A stretch of 64,000 nt of DNA. Origin: Prevotella sp. (GTDB taxonomy: Bacteria; Bacteroidota; Bacteroidia; Bacteroidales; Bacteroidaceae). The translations under genes and the position numbers were made by a program. The DNA lies in the NCBI GenBank assembly GCA_015060485.1, contig SUYI01000007.1, forward strand, positions 39,239 to 103,238. Direction: 5' to 3'. Shown piece after piece: positions 19,086 through 27,846 of this stretch. A model generated the notes under the pieces. The model was not told the origin of the DNA and did not search any database. It saw only the letters and a program-made list of their open reading frames with translations. The stretch's first letter is position 1. Each line of letters begins with the position of its first letter.

Positions 19086-20832
19086 TTGTTTCGCCCAGTT
19101 CAACACCGACAGGCTAATTACCATAGGCCGCTCGGCACTTTATTTCGAGGACTACGTGCTGTCCATTCAGTATTTCAATCAGGCCATCTCCGCCAAGCCA
19201 TACTTGTATGAGCCTTGGTATTTCCGCGCCGTGGCGAAATACTACCTCGACGACTATATCGGAGCCGAGAGCGACTGCACCGAGGCCATCCAGCGCAATC
19301 CCTACGTGGTAGGCATCTACGAGCTGCGTGGACTATGCCGCATCCAGCAGAAGAATTTCGACGGAGCCGTTAGCGACTATAATTCCGCCCTGCGCCACGA
19401 TCCCGAGGGCATCAACCTGTGGCACAACCGCGCCCTCTGCCGCATCCAGCAGAAAAACTATGAGCTGGCCTTGGCCGAGCTCGACACCATGAGCCAGCGC
19501 TGGAGCCGCAATGCCCGCATTCCCGCCATGAAGGCCGAGGCCTACATCATGCAGAAAGACACCACGAAGGCCATCGAGGCGCTCGAGAAAAGCATCGAGC
19601 TCGATGCCTACAACGGCAACGTCTGGGCACAGCGCGCCGTCATCAGCCTGGCCCGCAGCGAGTGGAAGGAGGGCGAGGAGTTCCTCGACAAGGCCATCCA
19701 CCTGCTGCCCAAGGATGCCAACCTCTACATCAACCGAGCGTTGGCTCGCTTCAACCAGACCAACCTGCGAGGCGCCATGGCCGACTATGACTTGGCCCTC
19801 GACTACGAACCCAACAATTTCCTCGGACACTACAACCGTGGACTGCTCCGTGCACAGGTGGGCGACGACAACCGCGCCATCACCGACTTCGACTTCGTGC
19901 TGAAACTCGAGCCCGACAACCTCATGGCACTCTACAACCGCGCCCTGCTGCTCGAACAGACCGGTAACCCCCGAGCCGCCATCCGCGACTATACGAAGGT
20001 CATCGACCAGTATCCCAACTTCTGGACCGGACTCCACCAACGCGCCCAGTGCTACCGCAAGCTCGGCATGTCCAAACAGGCCGAGCAGGATGAGTTCCGC
20101 ATCCTAAAGGCACAGCTCGACAAGCGCATGGGCAAGCAGCCCCGCCTGTCGCCCAAGCAGATGCGTAAGCGCAGCGACGAAGACATCGAGAAATACAACC
20201 AGCTGGCCGTCGCCGACGAACAGGAGATACAGCCCGAATACCAGAGCGACTATCGCGGACGCGTCCAGAACCGCCGCGTAACCATGGACTATCTGCCCAT
20301 GTACGTCCTTTCCACCGAGCACCATCAGAGTGCCGTCAAGCACTACGTCGCCTACGACCGACAGGTCGACTCCCTGAACCGCGTGCTGCCTGCCGCCATG
20401 CAGCTCCACATCGTTTGCGGGCAGACCAACATCATGAACCCCGCCCTCTATCTCGAGCGCGACTCCACGTCGACCGTGTCTCACTGGCTGCATGCCATTG
20501 CTCAGGCAGAACAGGAAAAGTCAGACTTACCGCTCATGACCGCCCATCTGCTCGACAACCTCTCGAAGGCCATCACCCTGGCTCCTCACAATGCCTATCT
20601 CTTCTACGACCGCGCCAATGCCTATGTGCAGTGTCTCGACTATCAGCAGGCCATCGACGACTACACGCGAGCCATCCAGCTCGACGCCAACCTGGCCGAG
20701 GCCTACTACAACCGAGGTTTGGCCCATCTGGCCCTCAAGCACCAGGACCAGGGCATCGCCGACCTCTCCAAAGCCGGCGAACTCGGCCTCTATGCCGCCT
20801 ACAGCATCCTCAAGCGACAAAGGAAACCATAG
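19006..20832 (+). CDS. tetratricopeptide repeat protein (secreted)
   Basis: Track ORF 18997 (TTG start). I use the ATG at 19006. There are many TPR units (AxxDYxxALxxxPxN pattern). Confidence 0.75.
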   Translation: MKNCRIIRIFLMVVLLQLSTVNCQLSTCFAQFNTDRLITIGRSALYFEDYVLSIQYFNQAISAKPYLYEPWYFRAVAKYYLDDYIGAESDCTEAIQRNPYVVGIYELRGLCRIQQKNFDGAVSDYNSALRHDPEGINLWHNRALCRIQQKNYELALAELDTMSQRWSRNARIPAMKAEAYIMQKDTTKAIEALEKSIELDAYNGNVWAQRAVISLARSEWKEGEEFLDKAIHLLPKDANLYINRALARFNQTNLRGAMADYDLALDYEPNNFLGHYNRGLLRAQVGDDNRAITDFDFVLKLEPDNLMALYNRALLLEQTGNPRAAIRDYTKVIDQYPNFWTGLHQRAQCYRKLGMSKQAEQDEFRILKAQLDKRMGKQPRLSPKQMRKRSDEDIEKYNQLAVADEQEIQPEYQSDYRGRVQNRRVTMDYLPMYVLSTEHHQSAVKHYVAYDRQVDSLNRVLPAAMQLHIVCGQTNIMNPALYLERDSTSTVSHWLHAIAQAEQEKSDLPLMTAHLLDNLSKAITLAPHNAYLFYDRANAYVQCLDYQQAIDDYTRAIQLDANLAEAYYNRGLAHLALKHQDQGIADLSKAGELGLYAAYSILKRQRKP

Positions 20833-20857
20833 CAGCGATAATTTTGAGTTAGAAAAG

Positions 20858-22612
20858 ATGATGCATACGCTCCGCTACATATTCGCGATAAGGACGTTCC
20901 TTATTTTCTTTTGTGCCGTGCTTGTATTCGTCTCCTGCACAAAGCCTGACCGCAGCGACGTGGCACAGAAACTGAGCGAAGAGATTGTCAACGCAGGAGG
21001 TCCCCTGCCAATCGGGGGGGCGGCCTCTCGCCAGGGGGAAAGAAACAACGTCGAACATGCTTTGGAGCGTGTGGACAGTGCGGAGCAGGCCGGTTTGTTT
21101 ACTGCGGTACGTGCCAATACCGTAAAAGCCATTATCTCTTTTAATGCCGACCGGCGACGAATGGCAGCCTATTTTGCAGAGAAAGCTATTGCCGCAGAAG
21201 CGGGGCATACGATTGCCACATCTGCTGACAGCAGTCTCTTTTGCAAGGCTCGCTGTATTCTGGGCGACTGTGCATACGCCGATGGCGAGTACGGGAAATC
21301 GCTCGCGCTGGCCAAGGAAGTCCTTGCTTTCGTGGGTGACGGCACAACGCCAAAGGATATGGAGTTGAAGTGCAGGGCATTGACGCAGATGGCAAATTGT
21401 GAAAACGCGCTGGGTCATATAGCAGAATCCGAGCGGCTGTTCCTGCAATGCATGGACATCTTAATGGAGGGTACGCAGCACGCCACTGGTTTTAGTGAAA
21501 TCGATCCGCTCATTTTCACGTTGCTTTCGCTCAACGACCTGTATATCGACAACAAGATGCCTGAAAAGGCGCTGCCCCTGATGGCGAAGATGGACACGGC
21601 CTTGAATCGTCTGACGCGCTGTCCAGGCACTCCCGACGGGGTGATACAGATGCGCCGTAACAACGTGACCATCAGCAAGGCAATGGTCTATGCCGTTAAT
21701 CATCAGAAAGAGCAGGCCGAATCCCTTTTTCACGAACACCACCAGTTCCAAGGCTTGGGTGCCCTCGACAAGGCAGCAGAAGGTCTCTATCTGACGATGG
21801 TGGGGCGTTATGGCGAGGCCGTCCGCCTGTTCGACGAGTCCGACTCCATCATGCGCTCCAATGGCGAGCCCGTCATCGACCTCTACGTCAAGACCTTGTT
21901 CAATTACAAATACGATGCCTTGCAGAAGGCAGGGCGAACGGCAGAGGCGCTGGCCATGAGTGACCGCATTCGGCAGTTGACCGACTCCATCCGTCAGCAG
22001 GAGCGGCAGGCCGACGTGGAGCAGTTGCAGGAAATCAAGCAACAGGAAGAGGAAATCATCCGTAAGCACCAGTCGCTGACCGTTCATCGCATCGTCCTCG
22101 TTGCCATCGCCTTGCTGCTGTTGATGGCCGTCTACATCATCTGGCGCGTCCGCCGCTACAACCGCCGGTTGGCTGAGAAGAACCGCAGCCTCTACGAGCA
22201 GATTCAGCAGCGCCGACAGGCTGAAGCCGAGGAACAGCAGCAGTTGCAGGCACAGCCCGAAGAAAAGCTGACGCAAAACCAACTGCTTTACCGCCGTCTG
22301 TGCGAACTGATGAAGAATCCCGACGTCTTTACCGACCCCGACACCAACCACGAGACGCTGGCCCGCCTGCTCGGCACCAACTATCAGTATGTCTATGCTG
22401 CCTTACGCGAGTGTGCTGACACCACACCTGCCGACTACCTCAACCGCCTGCGCATTCAGTATGCAGCCCAGTTGCTGGAGAAGTCCAACGACCCGATAGG
22501 ACTCATCATTGAGCAGAGCGGCTTTACCAACCGCACCACCTTTGCCCGTCTCTTTGCCGCCTACTATTCCATGACCCCGTCGGAGTATCGCAAGATAGCG
22601 CAGAAACAGTAG
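20858..22612 (+). CDS. membrane-anchored regulator: lipoprotein/TPR-like sensor, one TM helix, coiled coil, AraC-type HTH
   Basis: Track ORF 20591..22612 overlaps the previous gene, so I use the ATG at 20858 (MMHTLRYIFAIRTFLIFFCAVLVFVSC). The TM helix is IVLVAIALLLLMAVYIIW. The C-terminus ...FTNRTTFARLFAAYYSMTPSEYRK is an AraC HTH. Confidence 0.7.
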   Translation: MMHTLRYIFAIRTFLIFFCAVLVFVSCTKPDRSDVAQKLSEEIVNAGGPLPIGGAASRQGERNNVEHALERVDSAEQAGLFTAVRANTVKAIISFNADRRRMAAYFAEKAIAAEAGHTIATSADSSLFCKARCILGDCAYADGEYGKSLALAKEVLAFVGDGTTPKDMELKCRALTQMANCENALGHIAESERLFLQCMDILMEGTQHATGFSEIDPLIFTLLSLNDLYIDNKMPEKALPLMAKMDTALNRLTRCPGTPDGVIQMRRNNVTISKAMVYAVNHQKEQAESLFHEHHQFQGLGALDKAAEGLYLTMVGRYGEAVRLFDESDSIMRSNGEPVIDLYVKTLFNYKYDALQKAGRTAEALAMSDRIRQLTDSIRQQERQADVEQLQEIKQQEEEIIRKHQSLTVHRIVLVAIALLLLMAVYIIWRVRRYNRRLAEKNRSLYEQIQQRRQAEAEEQQQLQAQPEEKLTQNQLLYRRLCELMKNPDVFTDPDTNHETLARLLGTNYQYVYAALRECADTTPADYLNRLRIQYAAQLLEKSNDPIGLIIEQSGFTNRTTFARLFAAYYSMTPSEYRKIAQKQ

Positions 22613-22670
22613 TATCACCGCCCTGATTTGAAAACATACCCGCAATGAGAATGTTCCTTATATTATTATG

Positions 22671-22742
22671 CACCGCGCCACTCTCGCCCGCCTTTTCCGC
22701 AACGCCTACGGTATGTCGCCCACCGAATACCGCAAAATATAG
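22671..22742 (+). pseudogene. orphan 3' fragment of an AraC-type regulator gene
   Basis: Hand translation gives HRATLARLFRNAYGMSPTEYRKI*. This resembles the last 23 codons of the gene ending at 22612, and no upstream ORF is attached. Confidence 0.5.
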
Positions 22743-22906
22743 CATTATTTATCCCGATGAAACGGGAAGAAATGCACTTTTTCCAAATTTGAGACATATT
22801 TTTCCGCCAGTGAGACATCGGTCTTGCTGGCGGTTTGTAATTTTGCGCGAATAATTGCGAGAGTATGGAAGATTATAGTTTATAAACCCTTAAAACATGA
22901 TTTATT

Positions 22907-22984
22907 ATGAGAAAGATTTTTGTAATGGCAGCATTCAAAGAAGAACAAGTAATTAAGGGCAGAGGACGTTTTAGGGAAATTTGA
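22907..22984 (+). pseudogene. truncated 5' remnant of a paralog of the 25354 gene
   Basis: The 25-codon ORF MRKIFVMAAFKEEQVIKGRGRFREI* shares the first 15 nt (atgagaaagattttt) and a later ggcagc stretch with 25354-25395 (MRKIFLLAAMVCF...TEEQESKIE). Confidence 0.4.
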
Positions 22985-23100
22985 AAATTCCTCCGCTATC
23001 CTGTATAACTAATTGATTATCAGAGAGAACATGGCGGAGGATTTTTGTGCTTTGGTTCGTTTTGCTTTTGGTGAAATGAGAAATAACCCAAGCGTTCTAT

Positions 23101-23163
23101 GCAATAACCTTGGAGTATCCTGCAATAACCTTGGAGTATTCTGCAATACTCCGAGAGTATTGG
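23101..23163. repeat. 21-bp tandem repeat A (gcaataaccttggagtatcct) x3, third copy diverged
   Basis: Units at 23101, 23122 and 23143. They contain the hairpin ggagtat-tctgca-atactcc. Confidence 0.85.
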
Positions 23164-23172
23164 AAATTACTC

Positions 23173-23246
23173 CGGACGGAATGAAAATTCCATCGGACGA
23201 AATGAAAATTTCATCGGACGAAATAAAAATTCCGTCGGACGGAATT
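23173..23246. repeat. 21-bp tandem repeat B (cggacgRaatgaaaattYcat) x3.5
   Basis: Units at 23173, 23194, 23215 and 23236. Each unit can fold into a 5-bp stem with a GAAA/AAAA loop. Confidence 0.85.
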
Positions 23247-23543
23247 GTTGGATAGCTACGACTAAAATTCCTCCGCCAAGTTTTCCTTTAGAACAGGGCG
23301 TTTGCACCACTTAGCGGAGAATTTTTGAAAATAAAAAAATTACTATAGATGGCTATCTATCTTCAATAAATATCAAGGGACATCGTATGGAATGAGCAGA
23401 AGCAAAGTTTACTTCGCTTCTGCCGAGTCGAGACCTAAATCGCGGAACGCGATACCGCAAAAACAAAAAGTCAATCAGCGCAAAAAAACAAAGTAAAACG
23501 CCACAAAAAACCAAAATTATTTGGTCGGTCCTAAGAAAATTCG

Positions 23544-23551
23544 TAATTTTG
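23544..23551 (+). promoter_or_regulatory. -7 box TAATTTTG for the ATPase gene
   Basis: tcgTAATTTTGtgccc, 22 nt before the ATG at 23573. Confidence 0.5.
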
Positions 23552-23572
23552 TGCCCAGAAAATTGATTTAAT

Positions 23573-24865
23573 ATGAGTTATTTAACACGTACAGCAGATG
23601 CTTTGTTGGCTGAGTGGCTTGAAGCCTTTGGAGCAATATTGATTGAGGGACCCAAGTGGTGTGGAAAAACCACAACGGCAGAACAGGTGGCTAAAAGCGT
23701 GATAAAGCTGCAGGATCCGGACATGCGTGATGAGTATCTGGCAACGGCAGCTACTAAACCCTCGCTGCTGTTGATAGGAGAAAATCCTCGCTTGATAGAT
23801 GAGTGGCAGGATGCGCCTGTGCTTTGGGATACCGTGAGGACAAGGGTGGACAGCAGCCAGAATCAGGGCTTGTTTATCCTGACCGGCTCTAATGCTGTTG
23901 ACAAAAAGAAAATCCGTCATTCGGGCACTGGACGTATCGCCAAGATGGAAATGCTACCGATGAGCCTGTGGGAATCAAAGGAGTCGAACGGCAGGATATC
24001 GTTGAGGGAACTGTTTGACAATCCAGACTTGGACATTGACGGCATACAGTCGGATATAACTGTGGAGGACTTGATTTTCAGTGCATGTCGCGGCGGCTGG
24101 CCGGCAACGATGAACATTAAGAAGGAGAACGCCAAGTTGCTAGTGGCCAAAAACTATTTGAAGACGGTGTGCTCTGAGGATATCAGCCGTGTGGACGGTG
24201 TGCAGCGTGACGAATTGCTGGCTCGGATGATCATGCGTTCGTATGCGAGGAATATATCCACGCTGACCAAAAAGACATCGTTGATTGCAGATGTTGTATC
24301 TTCGGGTGAGGTGTCATGTTCGGAGCCTACATTTGATGATTATGTGGGTGCGCTGAAGAAACTATTCGTAATATGTGACGTTGAGGCTTGGTGTCCAGCT
24401 ATCCGAAGTAAGACGGCCATCAGAAGCGGACTGAAACGAGCATTTGTGGATCCGTCGATAGCCGTGGCCGCACTGGGGCTGACTCCTGAGGCATTGATGG
24501 TTCAGCTGAATACGTTCGGTTTCATCTTCGAACAGATGTGCATACGTGACCTGAAGGCCTATACGATTGACATAGAACGGCATGTGTCGTATTACCACGA
24601 CAGGTATGGTCTGGAGTCGGACTGGGTGTTGCATTTGGGTGACGGGCGGTATGCGCTGCTGGAGTGTAAGTTGGGAAGCAACGAGATTGAGGACGGTGCG
24701 GGTCATCTGCTGGAGCTGAAGCGGCTGATTCATGAGCATAACAAAGACGAGAAGCAGATGCCTATACGTGAGCCAGACTTGATGATTGTGCTGACTGGCG
24801 GCAAGATGGCCTATACGCGGCCCGACGGGGTGAAGATTATCCCGCTGGGATGTTTGAAGGATTAA
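23573..24865 (+). CDS. AAA-family ATP-binding protein (AAA_14 plus DUF4143-type architecture, from memory)
   Basis: 430 aa. Walker A GPKWCGKTT, Walker B-like LIDEWQ and the conserved ILTGS segment typical of this family. Confidence 0.8.
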   Translation: MSYLTRTADALLAEWLEAFGAILIEGPKWCGKTTTAEQVAKSVIKLQDPDMRDEYLATAATKPSLLLIGENPRLIDEWQDAPVLWDTVRTRVDSSQNQGLFILTGSNAVDKKKIRHSGTGRIAKMEMLPMSLWESKESNGRISLRELFDNPDLDIDGIQSDITVEDLIFSACRGGWPATMNIKKENAKLLVAKNYLKTVCSEDISRVDGVQRDELLARMIMRSYARNISTLTKKTSLIADVVSSGEVSCSEPTFDDYVGALKKLFVICDVEAWCPAIRSKTAIRSGLKRAFVDPSIAVAALGLTPEALMVQLNTFGFIFEQMCIRDLKAYTIDIERHVSYYHDRYGLESDWVLHLGDGRYALLECKLGSNEIEDGAGHLLELKRLIHEHNKDEKQMPIREPDLMIVLTGGKMAYTRPDGVKIIPLGCLKD

Positions 24866-25026
24866 CACACCCGTAACACAATCCATGACACGTTTATAAC
24901 TCATCGTTCAATACGGCTCTGGGGGACGAAGAGAGTGAATGCCGCAAAATAGTGCGCAAATAGTAGTTTTTCAAGGATTGTAACAAACATTTCAAGCAGT
25001 GGGGAAGGCCTTTCGGTCTTTCCCAC

Positions 25027-25034
25027 TAACTTTG
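25027..25034 (+). promoter_or_regulatory. -7 box TAACTTTG
   Basis: cacTAACTTTGccg, about 100 nt upstream of the ATG at 25134. Confidence 0.35.
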
Positions 25035-25133
25035 CCGACGAATTGGCGAGCCTGCTTACGCTCGGCCATTGATGCAAGCATCATGGCTCTCGCTTAATTG
25101 CAGCTTTGCCCCCGAATTCAATGATTGAAGAAA

Positions 25134-25319
25134 ATGACGGACATGACATTTATCATCATCGGCGCAATGGCCACGGCCTTCCTCCTGTTGGTCGTGCTGC
25201 TCATCGTGGGGCTGCTCTACTACCGCTGGCGGCTCTCCGACAGCCAGCACACGCTGGTGCGCTTCATCCGCGAGAACTTCCGGTTGCGCGAGAAACTGAA
25301 CGAGAATGGTATTTATTAA
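25134..25319 (+). CDS. small single-TM protein, or a stub of a TM/coiled-coil regulator
   Basis: 61 aa from the first ATG (the track start at 25125 is TTG). The TM helix is FIIIGAMATAFLLLVVLLIVGLLYY, followed by a basic helix resembling the TM-proximal part of the 20858 regulator. Confidence 0.35.
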   Translation: MTDMTFIIIGAMATAFLLLVVLLIVGLLYYRWRLSDSQHTLVRFIRENFRLREKLNENGIY

Positions 25320-25353
25320 TAAAATAAGGTATAACAACAAAAACAACGAAAGT

Positions 25354-26253
25354 ATGAGAAAGATTTTTTTACTGGCAGCTATGGTATGTTTTGCTGTAAC
25401 GGGCGTTAATGCGCAAACGGAAGAACAGGAAAGCAAGATTGAGAAGATGCTTCGCCTGACGAAGACGGCCGACGACAACCCTACGGACTGGAAAGCCCAG
25501 TTGGAGGCCGGCCATTTCCTGCTCGACAAGGAGAATGGCATGTATAACCAGTCGCAGGCTGGGAAATACTATGAACGCCTGTATCATCTGGCTACCGACT
25601 ATAACAAGGAGATACCCGATTCGGTGATTCGCGAGGCAGGCGTGATGTTGATGACGGTGGCTTCTGACAAGAAAAACATAGACAAGGCTTTGTTCTACAT
25701 CGACGAGATCATGCATGCCCAAAATGTCGGTGTGGATATACCTGACGAATATCTGATTTCGATTGCCGGTTGGGGTATGTTTTACAGCATGACAAAAAAG
25801 GATCCTGTAAAGTCATTATCGTACATGATGGACATGCGTGAGCGGCTGACCAACAACAATACCCCGGGAATTGAATACACGGATGTGTTTACAGCGATGA
25901 TATTTGAAGGGTTGATAGAGAAATACAGGAATCTGTTCGGCGACAAGGTTATGGAACTGACCTTCGATGACCAGAAGTATTATTTGATTTCCATGAACGA
26001 CTGGAACATAGAAAAGCCGCTCGTGGGATGGGCGCAGAAAGTGGAGGGAAATCCCACACTGCTATATGGCGAGGACGGCAAGGTCTATGACGACAAACAC
26101 GGTCCGATGGAATACAGTTTCCAGTATTACAAGGATGGTGTCAAGCCAAAGGAGGGAGCAAATGCACGGCTGGTTACCGTCACGCCTGAGCACCGCCAGC
26201 AGATGGTCGAGGCATACCGTAACTATATGAAGAAGACAAAGAAAAACAAGTAA
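25354..26253 (+). CDS. hypothetical secreted protein
   Basis: Track ORF 25306. I use the ATG at 25354 (MRKIFLLAAMVCFAVTGVNAQ signal peptide). 299 aa, no domain recognised. Confidence 0.6.
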   Translation: MRKIFLLAAMVCFAVTGVNAQTEEQESKIEKMLRLTKTADDNPTDWKAQLEAGHFLLDKENGMYNQSQAGKYYERLYHLATDYNKEIPDSVIREAGVMLMTVASDKKNIDKALFYIDEIMHAQNVGVDIPDEYLISIAGWGMFYSMTKKDPVKSLSYMMDMRERLTNNNTPGIEYTDVFTAMIFEGLIEKYRNLFGDKVMELTFDDQKYYLISMNDWNIEKPLVGWAQKVEGNPTLLYGEDGKVYDDKHGPMEYSFQYYKDGVKPKEGANARLVTVTPEHRQQMVEAYRNYMKKTKKNK

Positions 26254-26267
26254 CAATAAAAAATACA

Positions 26268-26633
26268 ATGACAATGAAAAAGTTTATTATGACGCTCGCA
26301 GCCGCCCTTTGCTGCGTAATGTCAATGACGGTACTGACCGCATGTGAAAAAGATCATGATGGGTACGATTACCAGTTAATAGTAGAACCGAAAAGGCCAT
26401 TGACCGGTCTTGATGCCCAGAATTGGCGTAATGCTGTTCTGGATGTCTATGAGACAGCACTTGGCGTCGGTTCTGAGGAATTTACCAAGCAGGGCACGCA
26501 AGAAGAATGCGACAAGGAAGTGCTGGAAGCCTGCAAAAGGGCAGAGGGATCACTCAGAATTGGCGGCACAGGTGAGATTGTTGTCCAAAACAACACAACA
26601 AGGCAGACGGTCTACAGAAGTATCATGCAATAA
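26268..26633 (+). CDS. hypothetical lipoprotein
   Basis: 121 aa with a lipobox (LTAC). No domain recognised. Confidence 0.6.
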   Translation: MTMKKFIMTLAAALCCVMSMTVLTACEKDHDGYDYQLIVEPKRPLTGLDAQNWRNAVLDVYETALGVGSEEFTKQGTQEECDKEVLEACKRAEGSLRIGGTGEIVVQNNTTRQTVYRSIMQ

Positions 26634-26643
26634 TATAGCGAGG

Positions 26644-27515
26644 CTATCCCTCCGTTTGATATTCCGATGGAGCAACACCCGTTTCCTGCTTGAAGATTTT
26701 CTGAAAATGGGTACGGCTGAAGCCGCAGTGGTCGGCTACAGCCTCGTTGGTCCATTCGGGATGTTCGTGGAGTATGCGCTCGGCCTCTTCGATGCGCAGG
26801 GTGGTTATCCATCGGGTGAACGAGGCGTGTCCCGTGGCCTTGACCCATGCCGTCAGCTGGTAGCGTGGGATGTTCATAGCCCCTGCCGCAATGGGATTGG
26901 TGATGCCAGCCTGCAGGTGACCGCCGGCGGCAACCCATCGCTCCACGGCATGGCTGACGCGGTCTTTGTCCTCATCGGAAAACGATGAGGCATTCCCGGT
27001 TTTCGTTGTCTCTTCACGGGCGTTCTCCTCGGCTTCACGCACGCGCTTGGCGTCGTTGCTGGTGAAGAAGCGCACAAAGCAGAACCACATCATGAAGATG
27101 CCCCAGAAGAACGACAGACCGTAGATGATGAGCAGGATGTTGGGCCCGAAGATAAAGACGGGTACGAATATGGCCATGAGCCCGGTGACACCGATGGCGT
27201 GCTTGATCCATTGCGTCAGCCCGCGCCGCTCGCGGTCGTAGTAGTTCTCGACGGCGGCCTTCATGCGCTGCAACTCGCGGAACTGCATCAGGCTGTAGTA
27301 TATCTGCATGGCTGCATAGACCACGCCCAGGACGACCTCCGTCCAGCGCACCCGCTCAGACAGTTGCTCCAGTGGGTGCCCGTCGGTTCCTACCACCACA
27401 GCCAGCGCGAACGGTTGTACACCTCGTCGCGCTTTACGTGCTCGGGCATCAGCAGGATGAGTGTCGAGCACATCAGCACCATCAGCACCACGATGGAAAA
27501 CTGCAGTTCTTTCAT
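26644..27515 (-). pseudogene. membrane-embedded AraC-family regulator, apparently frameshifted near 27390
   Basis: The N-terminus MKELQFSIVVLMVLMCSTLILLMPEHVKRDEVYNRSRWLWW* (ATG at 27515, stop at 27390) continues in another frame as ...FALAVVVGTDGHPLEQ... through three more TM segments to an AraC HTH (HCGFSRTHFQKIFKQETGVAPSEY). A single indel around ctgtggtggtagg would join the two frames. Confidence 0.55.
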
Positions 27516-27578
27516 TTCGGTGGCGAAGTTAATAAAAATCGGTCGAATTACCAAATAAAACGCCAAAAAGTGTATCTT

Positions 27579-27640
27579 TTCGTCGAATAGATACACCTGA
27601 TTCGTCGAATAGATACACCTTTGCGCGAATCGATACACCT
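27579..27640. repeat. three phased direct repeats (ttcgtcgaatagatacacct x2 plus ttgcgcgaatcgatacacct)
   Basis: Starts at 27579, 27601 and 27621. They lie in the divergent region upstream of the AraC-type gene. Confidence 0.85.
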
Positions 27641-27658
27641 TATTTCCTTTCCTTTTCC

Positions 27659-27666
27659 TATTTTTG
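27659..27666 (+). promoter_or_regulatory. -7 box TATTTTTG
   Basis: ccTATTTTTGcaacc, 27 nt before the ATG at 27693. Confidence 0.45.
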
Positions 27667-27692
27667 CAACCGAATCAACATGAATGTAACCG

Positions 27693-27836
27693 ATGAACAT
27701 CACCGACTTTTACAACGAAGCCCCCGTGCTTGCCACCGTCCTCACCCTGGCCTACGCCGTCGTGGTGCTGGTGTTCGTCTGTGCCCATCTATCCCGACGA
27801 CACGCCGGACCAATGGTAAGCATCAGGCCAACGTGA
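27693..27836 (+). CDS. possible 47-aa membrane peptide
   Basis: Hand translation gives MNITDFYNEAPVLATVLTLAYAVVVLVFVCAHLSRRHAGPMVSIRPT*. It has one clear TM helix and is below the track length cutoff. It may be a gene remnant. Confidence 0.3.
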   Translation: MNITDFYNEAPVLATVLTLAYAVVVLVFVCAHLSRRHAGPMVSIRPT

Positions 27837-27846
27837 ACGGATCACG

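Larger units (their letters stand above)
22984..23326. repeat. composite repeat region: two hairpin modules (aaaattcctccgc / gcggagga-tttt) flanking two 21-bp tandem arrays
   Basis: Module 1 is 22984-22996 paired with 23034-23046. Module 2 is 23264-23277 paired with 23314-23326. Confidence 0.8.

Noticed and set aside
20591-20857. Upstream extension of the TPR-AraC regulator ORF (track start at 20591).
   Set aside because: The extension overlaps the last 240 nt of the preceding TPR gene and translates to P/S/T-rich nonsense. A clean lipoprotein signal begins at the ATG at 20858.
23013-23255. 80-aa ORF (MIIRENMAEDFCALV...) as a bona fide protein gene.
   Set aside because: It has a TTG start, no promoter box and no signal or domain. 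The reading frame consists almost entirely of the two 21-bp DNA tandem arrays. I kept it as an open question under the repeat-region finding rather than as a CDS.
23034-23277. Invertible promoter (inverton) bounded by gcggaggattttt and aaaattcctccgcc.
   Set aside because: The arms are short (13 nt with an indel). Each arm also has a closer partner forming a local hairpin module. I found no TAnnTTTG box in either orientation inside the segment. Only read-orientation data could revive the idea.
26644-27515. Programmed ribosomal frameshift (prfB-like) as the explanation for the split AraC gene.
   Set aside because: There is no slippery heptamer or stimulatory SD-like element at the overlap, and no precedent known to me for this family. 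A pseudogene or sequencing indel is more parsimonious.
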